Positions 8,232-16,550 of a stretch of 44,576 nt of DNA are shown one piece after another. A program made the position numbers and the translations under genes. Positions within the stretch are counted from its first letter, which is position 1. Every line of letters begins with the position of its first letter. The stretch lies in contig JACOYH010000002.1 of NCBI GenBank assembly GCA_016181965.1, forward strand, positions 1 to 44,576, in the 5' to 3' direction. The notes beneath the pieces are model-generated. The model searched no databases, was not told the origin of the DNA, and saw only the letters and a program-made list of their open reading frames with translations. This DNA is from Candidatus Nealsonbacteria bacterium. GTDB taxonomy: Bacteria > Patescibacteriota > Minisyncoccia > Minisyncoccales > MHMH01.

Positions 8232-8928
8232 GAAAAAAGATTACGCAGAATATCTGCTCAAAAAGACAACTGAAGATTATAACCTGATTGCCAGGGATTT
8301 TTCAAGAACCCGCCGTTTTATTTGGGAGGATATCAAGCCCTTATCTGATTTTACCGTAACGGGGGAGAAGGTGTTAGATATTGGCTGCGGCAACGGCCGG
8401 CTTTTGCAAATTTTTCAAGATATTGATATTGATTATACCGGCATTGATGCGTCAAAAGAATTGATTGCCGAAGCCCAAAAATATTACCCAAATGCCAGAT
8501 TCCATGTTTACGACGCTTTGCGCATGCCTTTGCCGACCAACTATTTTGACAAGGTCTACGCTATCGCTGTTTTGCACCACATTCCTTCTCAAGAATTGCG
8601 CATTAGGTTTCTAAAAGAAGCCAAAAGGGTTTTAAGGCAGGAGGGGTTGCTGATTTTAACTGTTTGGAATTTATGGAATTGGCAGGGCCTTGGGCTGATT
8701 CTAAAACATCTTTTTCTAAAAATTACCGGCAAATCAAAATTGGATTTCAAAGATGTTTTTATCCCTTGGGCAGGCACTTGCCAAAGGTACATTCACGTTT
8801 TTAGCAAAGGGGAACTGGAGCATCTCGTGGAAGATGCCGGCTTTAAGGTAAAAGAAATCGGCGTTTTGGGCGCAAACAATAAAAAGAACAAAAATTTTTA
8901 TATTGTGGCCGAGGATATCTCGCCATAA
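8230..8928 (+). CDS. Class I SAM-dependent methyltransferase, Trm9/ALKBH8-MTase-like
   Basis: Start reassigned to ATG 8230. YNLIARDFSRTR, VLDIGCGNGR, AIAVLHHI, LTVW, VFIPW, RYIHVF resemble the Trm9 family pattern. Confidence 0.8.
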   Translation: MKKDYAEYLLKKTTEDYNLIARDFSRTRRFIWEDIKPLSDFTVTGEKVLDIGCGNGRLLQIFQDIDIDYTGIDASKELIAEAQKYYPNARFHVYDALRMPLPTNYFDKVYAIAVLHHIPSQELRIRFLKEAKRVLRQEGLLILTVWNLWNWQGLGLILKHLFLKITGKSKLDFKDVFIPWAGTCQRYIHVFSKGELEHLVEDAGFKVKEIGVLGANNKKNKNFYIVAEDISP

Positions 8929-8935
8929 AAAATAA

Positions 8936-9010
8936 GCCCTCGTAGTTTAACGGATAGAATACAGACCTCCGGAGTCTGGGATAGGGGTTCGATTCCTCTC
9001 GAGGGCACCA
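8936..9010 (+). tRNA. tRNA-Arg (anticodon CCG)
   Basis: Acceptor stem GCCCTCG/CGAGGGC, anticodon arm CAGAC-CTCCGGA-GTCTG, T-loop TTCGATT, A20, encoded CCA. Confidence 0.96.
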
Positions 9011-9058
9011 TTGAGGAAACATCGGTTCAAAGAAAAAGCCAAAATACCTGCCAAGAAC

Positions 9059-9109
9059 TTTGCCGAGGGCTGTCCTTGCCAGAATCTGGCAAGGACAGTC
9101 CTCGGCAAA
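9059..9109. repeat. 25-bp inverted repeat made of two family-B palindromes (REPIN-like; may also act as a terminator)
   Basis: TTTGCCGAGGGCTGTCCTTGCCAGA-A-TCTGGCAAGGACAGTCCTCGGCAAA, with one G.T mismatch. Confidence 0.88.
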
Positions 9110-9195
9110 CTCGGCATTCCGATGTTGCGTTTCGAAGTAAAATGCGCCCCTATTTTATTTTGCCAAAAGTGGAAGCTTTGGTATAATAAAAAAAT

Positions 9196-9741
9196 ATGAA
9201 ATACAAAATTGCCGTCAGCGGGGCGGCGGAAATCGGCCACTGCGCCAAAAATGTAAAAGAAGCATCAAAAGAGATTGGCAGAGAAATCATTAAACATGGT
9301 TGCGTTTTGGTAACCGGAGCCACTACCGGCTGTCCTTATTTTGCAGCCGAAGGCGCTAAGCAGGAAGGAGGCATTAGTATCGGCTTTTCTCCGGCCGCTT
9401 CCGAAGCCGCGCATAAGAAGACCTATAAACTGCCCAATGACCAGTTTGACGTTATGGTTTATACTGGCTTTGATTATTCCGGCAGAAATCTTTTAATGAC
9501 GAGGGCGGCTGACGGAGTGATTATTGTTTGCGGTAGAATGGGCACGCTGAATGAATTCACCATTGCCTATGAAGATCGAAAGCCCGTCGGAGTTCTTTTG
9601 GGTTCGGGCGGAACAGCCGACCTTATCCAAGGGCTTACTCGGCGCCCTCACAAAAGGAGGGGAGTTATTATTTACGACACCGAGCCCAAAAATCTAGTAA
9701 AAAAACTCGTCGAAGAGATAAAGAAAACGAAAAGGTCGTAA
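9196..9741 (+). CDS. LOG/SLOG family Rossmann-fold protein
   Basis: IAVSGAA, LVTGATTG, GRNLLM, GRMGTLNEF motifs. Extended -10 TGGTATAAT ends 8 nt before the ATG. Confidence 0.85.
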   Translation: MKYKIAVSGAAEIGHCAKNVKEASKEIGREIIKHGCVLVTGATTGCPYFAAEGAKQEGGISIGFSPAASEAAHKKTYKLPNDQFDVMVYTGFDYSGRNLLMTRAADGVIIVCGRMGTLNEFTIAYEDRKPVGVLLGSGGTADLIQGLTRRPHKRRGVIIYDTEPKNLVKKLVEEIKKTKRS

Positions 9742-9759
9742 TTTAAATAATCAAAACTT

Positions 9760-10023
9760 ATGGCAGCAGACAAAAAAGAAGATAAATTAATAGGTAAAAT
9801 CAGCCACTATTTCGGCAATATCGGCGTGGCAGTGATTGATTTATCAGACAAACTTAAAGAAGGCGAAGAAATTAGGATTGTCGGAGGAGAAACGGATTTT
9901 ACGCAAGAAGCAAAGTCGATTGAGGTAGACCGTAAGAAAGTTAAAGAAGCTAAAAATGGCGAGTCGGTTGGACTGAAGGTGGAACAGAAGGTAAGGGAGG
10001 GGTATAAAGTTTTCAAGGTCTAA
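9760..10023 (+). CDS. Small translation-factor-like beta-barrel protein (U32 peptidase C-terminal-like)
   Basis: IGKISHYFGNIGVAVI...GESVGLKV...VREGYKVFKV pattern. Confidence 0.75.
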   Translation: MAADKKEDKLIGKISHYFGNIGVAVIDLSDKLKEGEEIRIVGGETDFTQEAKSIEVDRKKVKEAKNGESVGLKVEQKVREGYKVFKV

Positions 10024-10061
10024 ATTATTTTTTAGTCATCGTTTTGTTCGCCATTTAGCCA

Positions 10062-10604
10062 ATGGTTCAATATTTTCCTTTTCGAAAAGAATTAAATCAA
10101 GCGCGGGGTTATCTAAAAACACGAGGGCCAAAGTCAAAAAAGAACGAGCAGGAGTATGGGCCCGGGAAAACCGATATTCTGGTTTGCGAGCAATGCCGGG
10201 CTTTTTATTGGCACAAATCGTGGCACCGCAATCTTGAGGATTACCCCGCACTTAATCAAGAAAAAGGCCTTAAGTTCACGACCTGCCCTGCCTGCCAGAT
10301 GATAAAGGACAAGCGATACGAGGGTCAGGTTTTAGTGCAGAATGCTCCAGTCGAAATGAAAGCTGGCATCAAAAAGTTGGCGGAAACCTATGGCCAACGA
10401 GCCACAGAAAATGATGCAATGGATAGGGTGATTTCAATAGAGGAGACAGGCCCGATTATTGAAATAAAAACCACTGAAAATCAGATGGCCAAACGCTTGG
10501 CTAAAAAAATCAGCGAGGTTTACCGAGGCAAATTCGAGCTCTCTATTAGTAATTCTAAAGGAGAAGACACGGCTAGGGCAAGATTAACATTTAAAGGCAA
10601 ATGA
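10062..10604 (+). CDS. Zinc-ribbon protein, BCAM0308/NMD3-like
   Basis: CEQC and CPAC pairs, followed by EIKTTENQMAKRLAKKI. Confidence 0.65.
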   Translation: MVQYFPFRKELNQARGYLKTRGPKSKKNEQEYGPGKTDILVCEQCRAFYWHKSWHRNLEDYPALNQEKGLKFTTCPACQMIKDKRYEGQVLVQNAPVEMKAGIKKLAETYGQRATENDAMDRVISIEETGPIIEIKTTENQMAKRLAKKISEVYRGKFELSISNSKGEDTARARLTFKGK

Positions 10605-10891
10605 TTACAATTATTGTTGCCTCCCTTGGGGGAGGCATTTTAAGGGGCTTGGTTGGTTTTATTAAGCACCAATTTTCGTATAAAGATGTCGGCTTTCGGC
10701 TTAATTATTTTTTGGGAATGATGTTTTTATCGGGAGTCGTCGGCCTGACGACGGCCATCGCCGTTAGAGAAGCCGGTTTTACTCTTTTGGGTTCTTTTAC
10801 CCCGGCCTTGGCTTTTATTGTCGGTTACGCGGGAGGCGATTTCTTGGAAAATCTTTACAAAATAATAGTCAAAAAATTCCCATTAAGCTGA
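10601..10891 (+). CDS. Small membrane protein
   Basis: Three hydrophobic segments; ATGA coupling to the upstream gene. Confidence 0.75.
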   Translation: MITIIVASLGGGILRGLVGFIKHQFSYKDVGFRLNYFLGMMFLSGVVGLTTAIAVREAGFTLLGSFTPALAFIVGYAGGDFLENLYKIIVKKFPLS

Positions 10892-10892
10892 T

Positions 10893-12017
10893 ATGTGGAA
10901 TTTTATAAAAGCGCTTTCAATTTTTGTCGGCACAATCATTGGCGTGGGTATTTTTGGTTTGCCTTATGTCACTATGCAAGCCGGTTTTCCGGTAGTGCTT
11001 TTTTATTTTTTGATGCTTACCGGCGTGGCGATTGCCATTCATCTAATGTACGGAGAAATTTCTTTGGCAACAAAATCCTTGCATCGTTTACCGGGCCTAG
11101 TTGGCGAATATATGGGGCCGCGCTGGAAAAACTTCACTCTTTGGATTTTTATGCTTGGGCTTTTAGGCGCGCTTTTGGCCTATTTAATTGTCGGCGGCAA
11201 ATTTTTAAATTTATTTTTTTCTCCTTATTTCGGCGGCTCGGAGGCGATTTATACTTTGATTTTTTGGGCAATCGGCACATTGCTGATTTTTCAAGGCATA
11301 CGAAGCATTGCCATTATTGAGATTACTTTGCTTTTGGTTTTCTTTGGACTTTTGGCGCTGTTTTTTGTAAAAACGACTCCGTTTATCGCCGTGGATAATT
11401 TTCAAAATATTGATTGGAAATTTTTTGCCCTTCCCTACGGAGTAGTTCTTTTTTCTTTATGGGGCAGCGATATGATACCCGAGGTTAAGGAAGTGCTTGG
11501 AAAAGACGGCCGGGCTATGCTGAAATGGGTTTTGATTTCGGGGATATCGTTGGCCGCCCTAACTTACTTGTTTTTCATTTATATTATTTTTGGCGCTACC
11601 GGCTCACAGACATCCAAAGAAGCAATCGCCGGCTTGGTGCAGGTGGCGGGCAACGGGATCATCCGCACAGGTTTTATTTTTGGTATTATCACCTGTTTTA
11701 CGTCTTTTTTAACGCTGGGTTTAACGCTTAAAAAAGGCCTTTGGTACGATCAAGGACTCAACCCGCATTTGTCTTGGTTTATTGCCTGTTTTCTGCCTCT
11801 CTTTTTATTCTTTGCGGGCTTGCGCGCGTTTATTGATATTATTGGGTTGACGGGAGCTGTGGCCATTGGATTAGTTGGCATTATAATTGTTTTGCTTTAT
11901 AAAAAGTTTTTGTGGGTGGAGTTTAATCGTAAGATGAACCCGTTTTTTTATTTTTTCGGGTTATTTTTTGTGATAGGTATTTTTCTGGAGATTTTTTATT
12001 TCGTTTACGCAAAATGA
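10893..12017 (+). CDS. Aromatic amino acid (Trp/Tyr permease-like, APC superfamily) transporter
   Basis: GTIIGVGIFGLPY N-terminal motif, about 11 TM segments, TSFL motif. Confidence 0.85.
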   Translation: MWNFIKALSIFVGTIIGVGIFGLPYVTMQAGFPVVLFYFLMLTGVAIAIHLMYGEISLATKSLHRLPGLVGEYMGPRWKNFTLWIFMLGLLGALLAYLIVGGKFLNLFFSPYFGGSEAIYTLIFWAIGTLLIFQGIRSIAIIEITLLLVFFGLLALFFVKTTPFIAVDNFQNIDWKFFALPYGVVLFSLWGSDMIPEVKEVLGKDGRAMLKWVLISGISLAALTYLFFIYIIFGATGSQTSKEAIAGLVQVAGNGIIRTGFIFGIITCFTSFLTLGLTLKKGLWYDQGLNPHLSWFIACFLPLFLFFAGLRAFIDIIGLTGAVAIGLVGIIIVLLYKKFLWVEFNRKMNPFFYFFGLFFVIGIFLEIFYFVYAK

Positions 12018-12028
12018 TTTAATTTATT

Positions 12029-13273
12029 ATGCTGGTTGCCGATTTTCACATCCATAGTAAATACTCCCGCGCCACTTCCAAAGAAATGGATTTAGAGGTC
12101 TTAGATAAGTGGGCCGTCATCAAGGGCATTAATGTTTTGGGCACTGGCGACTTCACGCATCCGGCATGGTTTAGTAATATTAAGGAAAAATTGGAGCCCG
12201 CCGAGTCCGGTTTGTTGAAATTGAAGCAAGGAGTCAGTCAGACGCGTTTTATTCTGACTGCCGAAATCAGTTGCATTTATTCCAAAAACGGCAAGGTCAG
12301 AAAGATTCACGTTATTATTTTCGCGCCATCCTTTTTTGCGGTTGAGCAAATTAGGGCCCGGCTCGACAGTATTGGTAATTTAAAATCAGACGGCAGGCCG
12401 ATTCTCGGGCTGGATGCCAAAGAATTGGCTAAAATTGTCTTTTCCGTTTCCCCGGAATGTTTGGTTGTTCCGGCCCACGCTTGGACTCCTTGGTTTAGTA
12501 TTTTCGGATCAAAATCGGGTTTTGATTCTATCGAGGAGTGTTTTGAGGAGTACGCAAAATATATTTACGCTATCGAAACCGGTTTATCGTCGGACCCGGC
12601 TATGAATTGGCGCCTTTCCGGCCTTGATAAAATTGCCCTTATTTCAAACAGCGACAGCCACAGCCCATCCAAAATCGGCAGAGAAGCTAATGTTTTCGAT
12701 GTGGCCTTAAGCTATGCAGAAATCGCCAAGGCGATAAGGGAAAAGAATCCGCAAAAATTTTTGTACACTGTAGAATTTTTCCCCGAAGAAGGTAAGTATC
12801 ATTATGACGGACACCGCAGCTGCAATGTTCGGCTTTCTCCGCCGGAGTCAAAAAGATACAATAATATTTGTCCGACCTGCCTTCGCCCCTTAACTATCGG
12901 GGTGATGAACCGGGTAGAGCAGTTAGCCGACCGTGCCGAAGGATTTAAACCAGAAAGCGCCATTCCTTTTAGAAGATTAGTGCCTTTGATTGAAATTATA
13001 TCTGAATGTTTAGACACGGGCCCCTCCAGCCAAAAAGCTATTCTGGGGTATAATAATTTAATAGAAAAACTCGGCAGCGAATTTAATATTTTGTTGTCAG
13101 CCAGCGAGGCGGATTTAGCCGCTGCCGCTACTCCAGAAATCGCCGAGGGAATCGTTAGAGTGAGAGAAGGGAATATTCAAATTGAACCCGGTTACGACGG
13201 CGTGTATGGTAAAGTTAGTGTTTTTTCAAAATTAGAAAAAAGAGAAATAACAATGCAAAAAACCCTGCTTTAA
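12029..13273 (+). CDS. Endonuclease Q family protein (PHP domain + Zn ribbon)
   Basis: ADFHIHSKYSRATS, GTGDFTHP, PAHAWTPW, ETGLSSD, NSDSHS, GKYHYDGH, CPTC, PGYDGVYG. Confidence 0.92.
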   Translation: MLVADFHIHSKYSRATSKEMDLEVLDKWAVIKGINVLGTGDFTHPAWFSNIKEKLEPAESGLLKLKQGVSQTRFILTAEISCIYSKNGKVRKIHVIIFAPSFFAVEQIRARLDSIGNLKSDGRPILGLDAKELAKIVFSVSPECLVVPAHAWTPWFSIFGSKSGFDSIEECFEEYAKYIYAIETGLSSDPAMNWRLSGLDKIALISNSDSHSPSKIGREANVFDVALSYAEIAKAIREKNPQKFLYTVEFFPEEGKYHYDGHRSCNVRLSPPESKRYNNICPTCLRPLTIGVMNRVEQLADRAEGFKPESAIPFRRLVPLIEIISECLDTGPSSQKAILGYNNLIEKLGSEFNILLSASEADLAAAATPEIAEGIVRVREGNIQIEPGYDGVYGKVSVFSKLEKREITMQKTLL

Positions 13274-13300
13274 TGAAACGATGTCCGACCTCGTTTCATT
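13272..13300. repeat. Hairpin with family-C core (AATGAAACGA-TGTCCGACC-TCGTTTCATT)
   Basis: 10-bp perfect arms; the core GATGTCCGACCTC is shared with 7692. Lies between the convergent EndoQ and pilin genes. Confidence 0.8.
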
Positions 13301-13304
13301 TTTA

Positions 13305-13334
13305 AAAGGAAAACCGCCGATAGCGGCGGCTTTT
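13305..13334 (-). terminator. Terminator of the pilin gene (possibly bidirectional)
   Basis: The minus strand reads GCCGCCG-CTAT-CGGCGGT-TTTCCTTTT. Confidence 0.75.
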
Positions 13335-13342
13335 GATTTAGA

Positions 13343-13945
13343 TTAGGGGAAAATCTTTTCCCAACTCGTTCCATTTTCATTGAGCTGGTACAGTTCGACT
13401 ATTCTCCCTTCTTCGGCCTGCGTTTTCTTCAGCAAGAAGATGTACTCGTAATTGTCTGTTTCGTCTCGTTTCAGCTGCGTAGAACGGGGAAGCGACAGCA
13501 GATAATCATCGATAAAGGAAAATGTCAGGTGTCCGGTCTCGCGTCTGACTTGCGTTGTAGCGTTCCAGTCGAGCTGGGTGTAGTCAGCTAAAGCAGCATC
13601 GGTGACGGCAATTTTAGGAGTTGCCGTGGCGCCACCGCTGTTGACAGTGAAGGTGGTCGATCCGTCAACCGTAGCTCCCTTATAGGTAAAAGTGTGGGTT
13701 GAAGTGTTGAGAGAAATTGTTTCTTCCGGCCAATCCGATTTTCTGGAGTCGGTGTTGTACCGGTTAAGCGCGGTGGTAATTGCGTTGGCGTCGGCAATGG
13801 CTGCCGTTTTTTCAGCTGCCGTGCCGCTGGTGCCAATACTGGTCACGACGATCACGGCCAGAATTGTCATGATGAGCATGACCACGGTGACCTCAATCAG
13901 CGTGAAACCCTGCTCACCCTTGTGCGCGGTCTTGAGCCAGTCCAT
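13343..13945 (-). CDS. Type IV pilin-like protein (prepilin cleavage/methylation motif)
   Basis: G/FTLIEV followed by a hydrophobic helix; AGGAGG at 13953-13958. Confidence 0.9.
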   Translation of the reverse strand: MDWLKTAHKGEQGFTLIEVTVVMLIMTILAVIVVTSIGTSGTAAEKTAAIADANAITTALNRYNTDSRKSDWPEETISLNTSTHTFTYKGATVDGSTTFTVNSGGATATPKIAVTDAALADYTQLDWNATTQVRRETGHLTFSFIDDYLLSLPRSTQLKRDETDNYEYIFLLKKTQAEEGRIVELYQLNENGTSWEKIFP

Positions 13946-13978
13946 TGATTTTCCTCCTTGGTAATAGTGCTACTTTTA

Positions 13979-14007
13979 CATATAGAGCTGTTTCTCGCGG
14001 GTGTCAA
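13979..14007 (-). promoter_or_regulatory. Putative sigma70 promoter of the pilin gene
   Basis: TTGACA-N17-TATATG on the minus strand. Confidence 0.55.
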
Positions 14008-14046
14008 TGCTTGCGCTCGCGCGGGTGTTGGGTTAAAAATAAAAAT

Positions 14047-14709
14047 ATGGAGAGTATTTTTGGTTTAATCGTGCCTCACGCCAGCTATGAATTTTCAGGG
14101 CGAGTCGCAGCTATCGGTTATAAGGCAATTTTAGGAAAAAAATTCGATACCGTGATTGTTTTGGCCGACTCTCACTACGAGAGGTTTGACGGGGTTTCGG
14201 TATGGCCCGGCGGATTTCTCGAAACACCTCTCGGAAAAACAAAAGTTGACGATAAGCTGGCAAAAAAAATCATCGCTTTTTCGCCTAGATTTTTTAGGCG
14301 CGATTCCGCGCATTTGTTTGAGCATTCTATTGACGCGCAGCTGCCCTTTCTGCAGATAGCTCTGAAAAATTTTAAAATTTTGCCGATTATTTTTGGCTCT
14401 GAAAACAAGGACTGGGCCCAACTGGCTGAAGTTATTTTGCAAAACACGAAAATCGGTAAGAACCTCATTATCGCATCGTCCGACCTGTCCCATAATTTGC
14501 CGCAAGACGAAGCCGAAAAAATAGACAAACGAACAATCGGCAATATTTTAACCCTAAAGACCGACGGGTTAGATGTTTGCGCCCCCGACTCGCTAAAGAC
14601 GCTTTTAACTATCGCCAAAAAATACAAAGCCAAGGCCAAATTACTGAAATACGAATTCAGGAAAACTGGCTTTGGGGCGATTGCTTTCGCCGCGCCCGGC
14701 GAGTTATAA
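14047..14709 (+). CDS. Memo family protein (AmmeMemoRadiSam protein B-like), short at the N-terminus
   Basis: PHASYEFSG, ETPLG, EHSI, QLPFLQ, ASSDLSH. Start reassigned to ATG 14047. Confidence 0.85.
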   Translation: MESIFGLIVPHASYEFSGRVAAIGYKAILGKKFDTVIVLADSHYERFDGVSVWPGGFLETPLGKTKVDDKLAKKIIAFSPRFFRRDSAHLFEHSIDAQLPFLQIALKNFKILPIIFGSENKDWAQLAEVILQNTKIGKNLIIASSDLSHNLPQDEAEKIDKRTIGNILTLKTDGLDVCAPDSLKTLLTIAKKYKAKAKLLKYEFRKTGFGAIAFAAPGEL

Positions 14710-14717
14710 TAGAATAT

Positions 14718-14927
14718 ATGGCCAAAAGAGCCAGTATAACCAAAGAGATGACCATTAGTGAGGTCATCAGAAAATATCCCAGAAGCGCCATGGTCTTTAT
14801 TGAATACGGCTTTCACTGCGTGGGCTGTCCCGCCTCACAATCGGAAACGGTTGAAGAGGGCGCTCAACTCCATCGCATTAACCTACAAACCCTTTTGGAG
14901 GCCTTAAATAAAGCGGCTAAACAATGA
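14718..14927 (+). CDS. DUF1858 family protein
   Basis: ITKEMTISEVIRKYP...GFHCVGCPASQSETVEEGA. TATAAT ends 7 nt before ATG 14718. Confidence 0.88.
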   Translation: MAKRASITKEMTISEVIRKYPRSAMVFIEYGFHCVGCPASQSETVEEGAQLHRINLQTLLEALNKAAKQ

Positions 14928-15931
14928 GCAAGGTTTTGCTTTTTTTGGCTTCTCTTCTCGTTGGGGTGGCGCTTTTGATCGGAGTAATTCGTTTCATTGG
15001 CTGGCAGGAAATACAAAGCGCTTTTTATTTTTTTTCAGGATGGCAGGGCGCGGTGATAATTTTATTGACCGTGGCGGCGCTTTTTTTTGGAATGTGGAAG
15101 TGGCAGATTATTCTCAAAAATCAAGGTTATCAAATTTCTAACAAGCAGTTAATTCCGTCTTATTTGGCTGGTTTTTCTATAATTTATTTGTTTCCGATGC
15201 TGCTTTTTGGCGGAGAATTTTTTAAAGGTTATGTTTTAAGAGAAAAATTTAACATCCCGCTGCGCAAGGGAATGATTTCCATCCTGATAGATAAAATTAT
15301 AGAAGAGACCTCTTTTGTGATAAGCGTGATTGTGGGGCTCATAATTTTTTTATTTAAAATAGATGAATTGCCGCCCAGCAATACGAGTATTTTAATCGGG
15401 AGTTTTTTACTGGTTTTAATCGCGCTTTTTAGTTATTTATATTTTAAGATTTTCAAAAAACAAAGTATTGCTATTTTTTTTGCTAAACTTTTGGGAAGAA
15501 ATCATTCCCTTAACGGTCACGCGCTTGAAATAGAAAAAGAAATTTTCGATTTTTTCAAAAAGCGCGATAGGGCATTTTGGGCGGCTTTCGGTTTGGCTTT
15601 TCTAAGAATTGGCGCCACTTGGGCAAGGGCGTGGCTATTGGTTTTATTTTTGGGCAAACAAATCGGCGCTTTAACCGCTTTATCAATCCTTGGATTTTAT
15701 TATTTGGCTATTATCATACCCATTCCGGCCGCCTTGGGCACGCACGAGGTCATTCAGACATTTTCGTTTAGTTCGCTGAGTATTGGAGCGGGCACAGCCG
15801 CGGCTTTTGCGATAATTAGCAGAGGAGCGGAAATGGTTTTAGCTGTCGCCGGATTGCTGATTTTCTCTAAATTAGGCCTTGGCCTGCTTGGGGCGGCATT
15901 TTTACGCAAAATAGAAAAAATAAACATATAA
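14924..15931 (+). CDS. Lysylphosphatidylglycerol-synthase TM / flippase-like membrane protein (UPF0104)
   Basis: KWQIIL, GGEFFK, IPAALGTHE motifs; polytopic. Confidence 0.8.
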   Translation: MSKVLLFLASLLVGVALLIGVIRFIGWQEIQSAFYFFSGWQGAVIILLTVAALFFGMWKWQIILKNQGYQISNKQLIPSYLAGFSIIYLFPMLLFGGEFFKGYVLREKFNIPLRKGMISILIDKIIEETSFVISVIVGLIIFLFKIDELPPSNTSILIGSFLLVLIALFSYLYFKIFKKQSIAIFFAKLLGRNHSLNGHALEIEKEIFDFFKKRDRAFWAAFGLAFLRIGATWARAWLLVLFLGKQIGALTALSILGFYYLAIIIPIPAALGTHEVIQTFSFSSLSIGAGTAAAFAIISRGAEMVLAVAGLLIFSKLGLGLLGAAFLRKIEKINI

Positions 15932-15932
15932 T

Positions 15933-16550
15933 ATGTTGAAATCACTTTCAAAAGTAGTTAAAGTAATGGTTCTTTCTGATTTTTTTCTGATGTTCGGCTG
16001 GGGCTTGGTTTTCCCCATTTTGGCAATTTTCGTAACAGAAAACATAGAGGGTGGCGATGCTACCGTGGTTGGTATTGCTTTCGGCATATATTGGATATTG
16101 AAGTCGGTGGCGCAAATTCCTATCGGCAGTTATTTGGATAGAAATCATGGAGACAAAGATGATTTTTACTTTTTAATCGGGGGAACTTTTTTATCAAGCT
16201 TAACCGCCTTTGGCTTGCTCTTTTCAAGCCAGCCATGGCACATTTACGGTCTACAAGTGGTCAATGCTTTGGGAGCGGCAATGGCTCTGCCTGCGTGGTC
16301 TGGCATATTTACAAGGCATATTGGCAGAAATCAAGAAGCGCAAAGTTGGGCATTAGATAGTTCAGCATTGGGATTGGGCGCTGGAATAGCTGGCGTTCTC
16401 GGCGGATTTATCGCTAAACTTTGGGGCTTTACGCCTCTATTTTTAACGGTGGGCGCCTTGGGAATACTTGCCACGGCTGTTGCCTTCTTAATTAAAAATG
16501 ATCTAACGGATAAGAAAGAAAAAACTATTTTAATTCCCAAGCCGAAATGA
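15933..16550 (+). CDS. Half-size MFS transporter
   Basis: About six TM segments; PIGSYLDRNHG resembles MFS motif A. Confidence 0.75.
   Translation: MLKSLSKVVKVMVLSDFFLMFGWGLVFPILAIFVTENIEGGDATVVGIAFGIYWILKSVAQIPIGSYLDRNHGDKDDFYFLIGGTFLSSLTAFGLLFSSQPWHIYGLQVVNALGAAMALPAWSGIFTRHIGRNQEAQSWALDSSALGLGAGIAGVLGGFIAKLWGFTPLFLTVGALGILATAVAFLIKNDLTDKKEKTILIPKPK

Noticed and set aside
8936-9010. tRNA-Arg as the Elp3/Trm9 substrate or as an island integration site
   Set aside because: The CCG anticodon has C34, not U34. I found no duplicate of its 3' end and no integrase in the window.
9011-9199. 62-aa ORF after the tRNA
   Set aside because: It spans the inverted repeat and the LOG promoter, has a TTG start without an SD, and shows no protein features.
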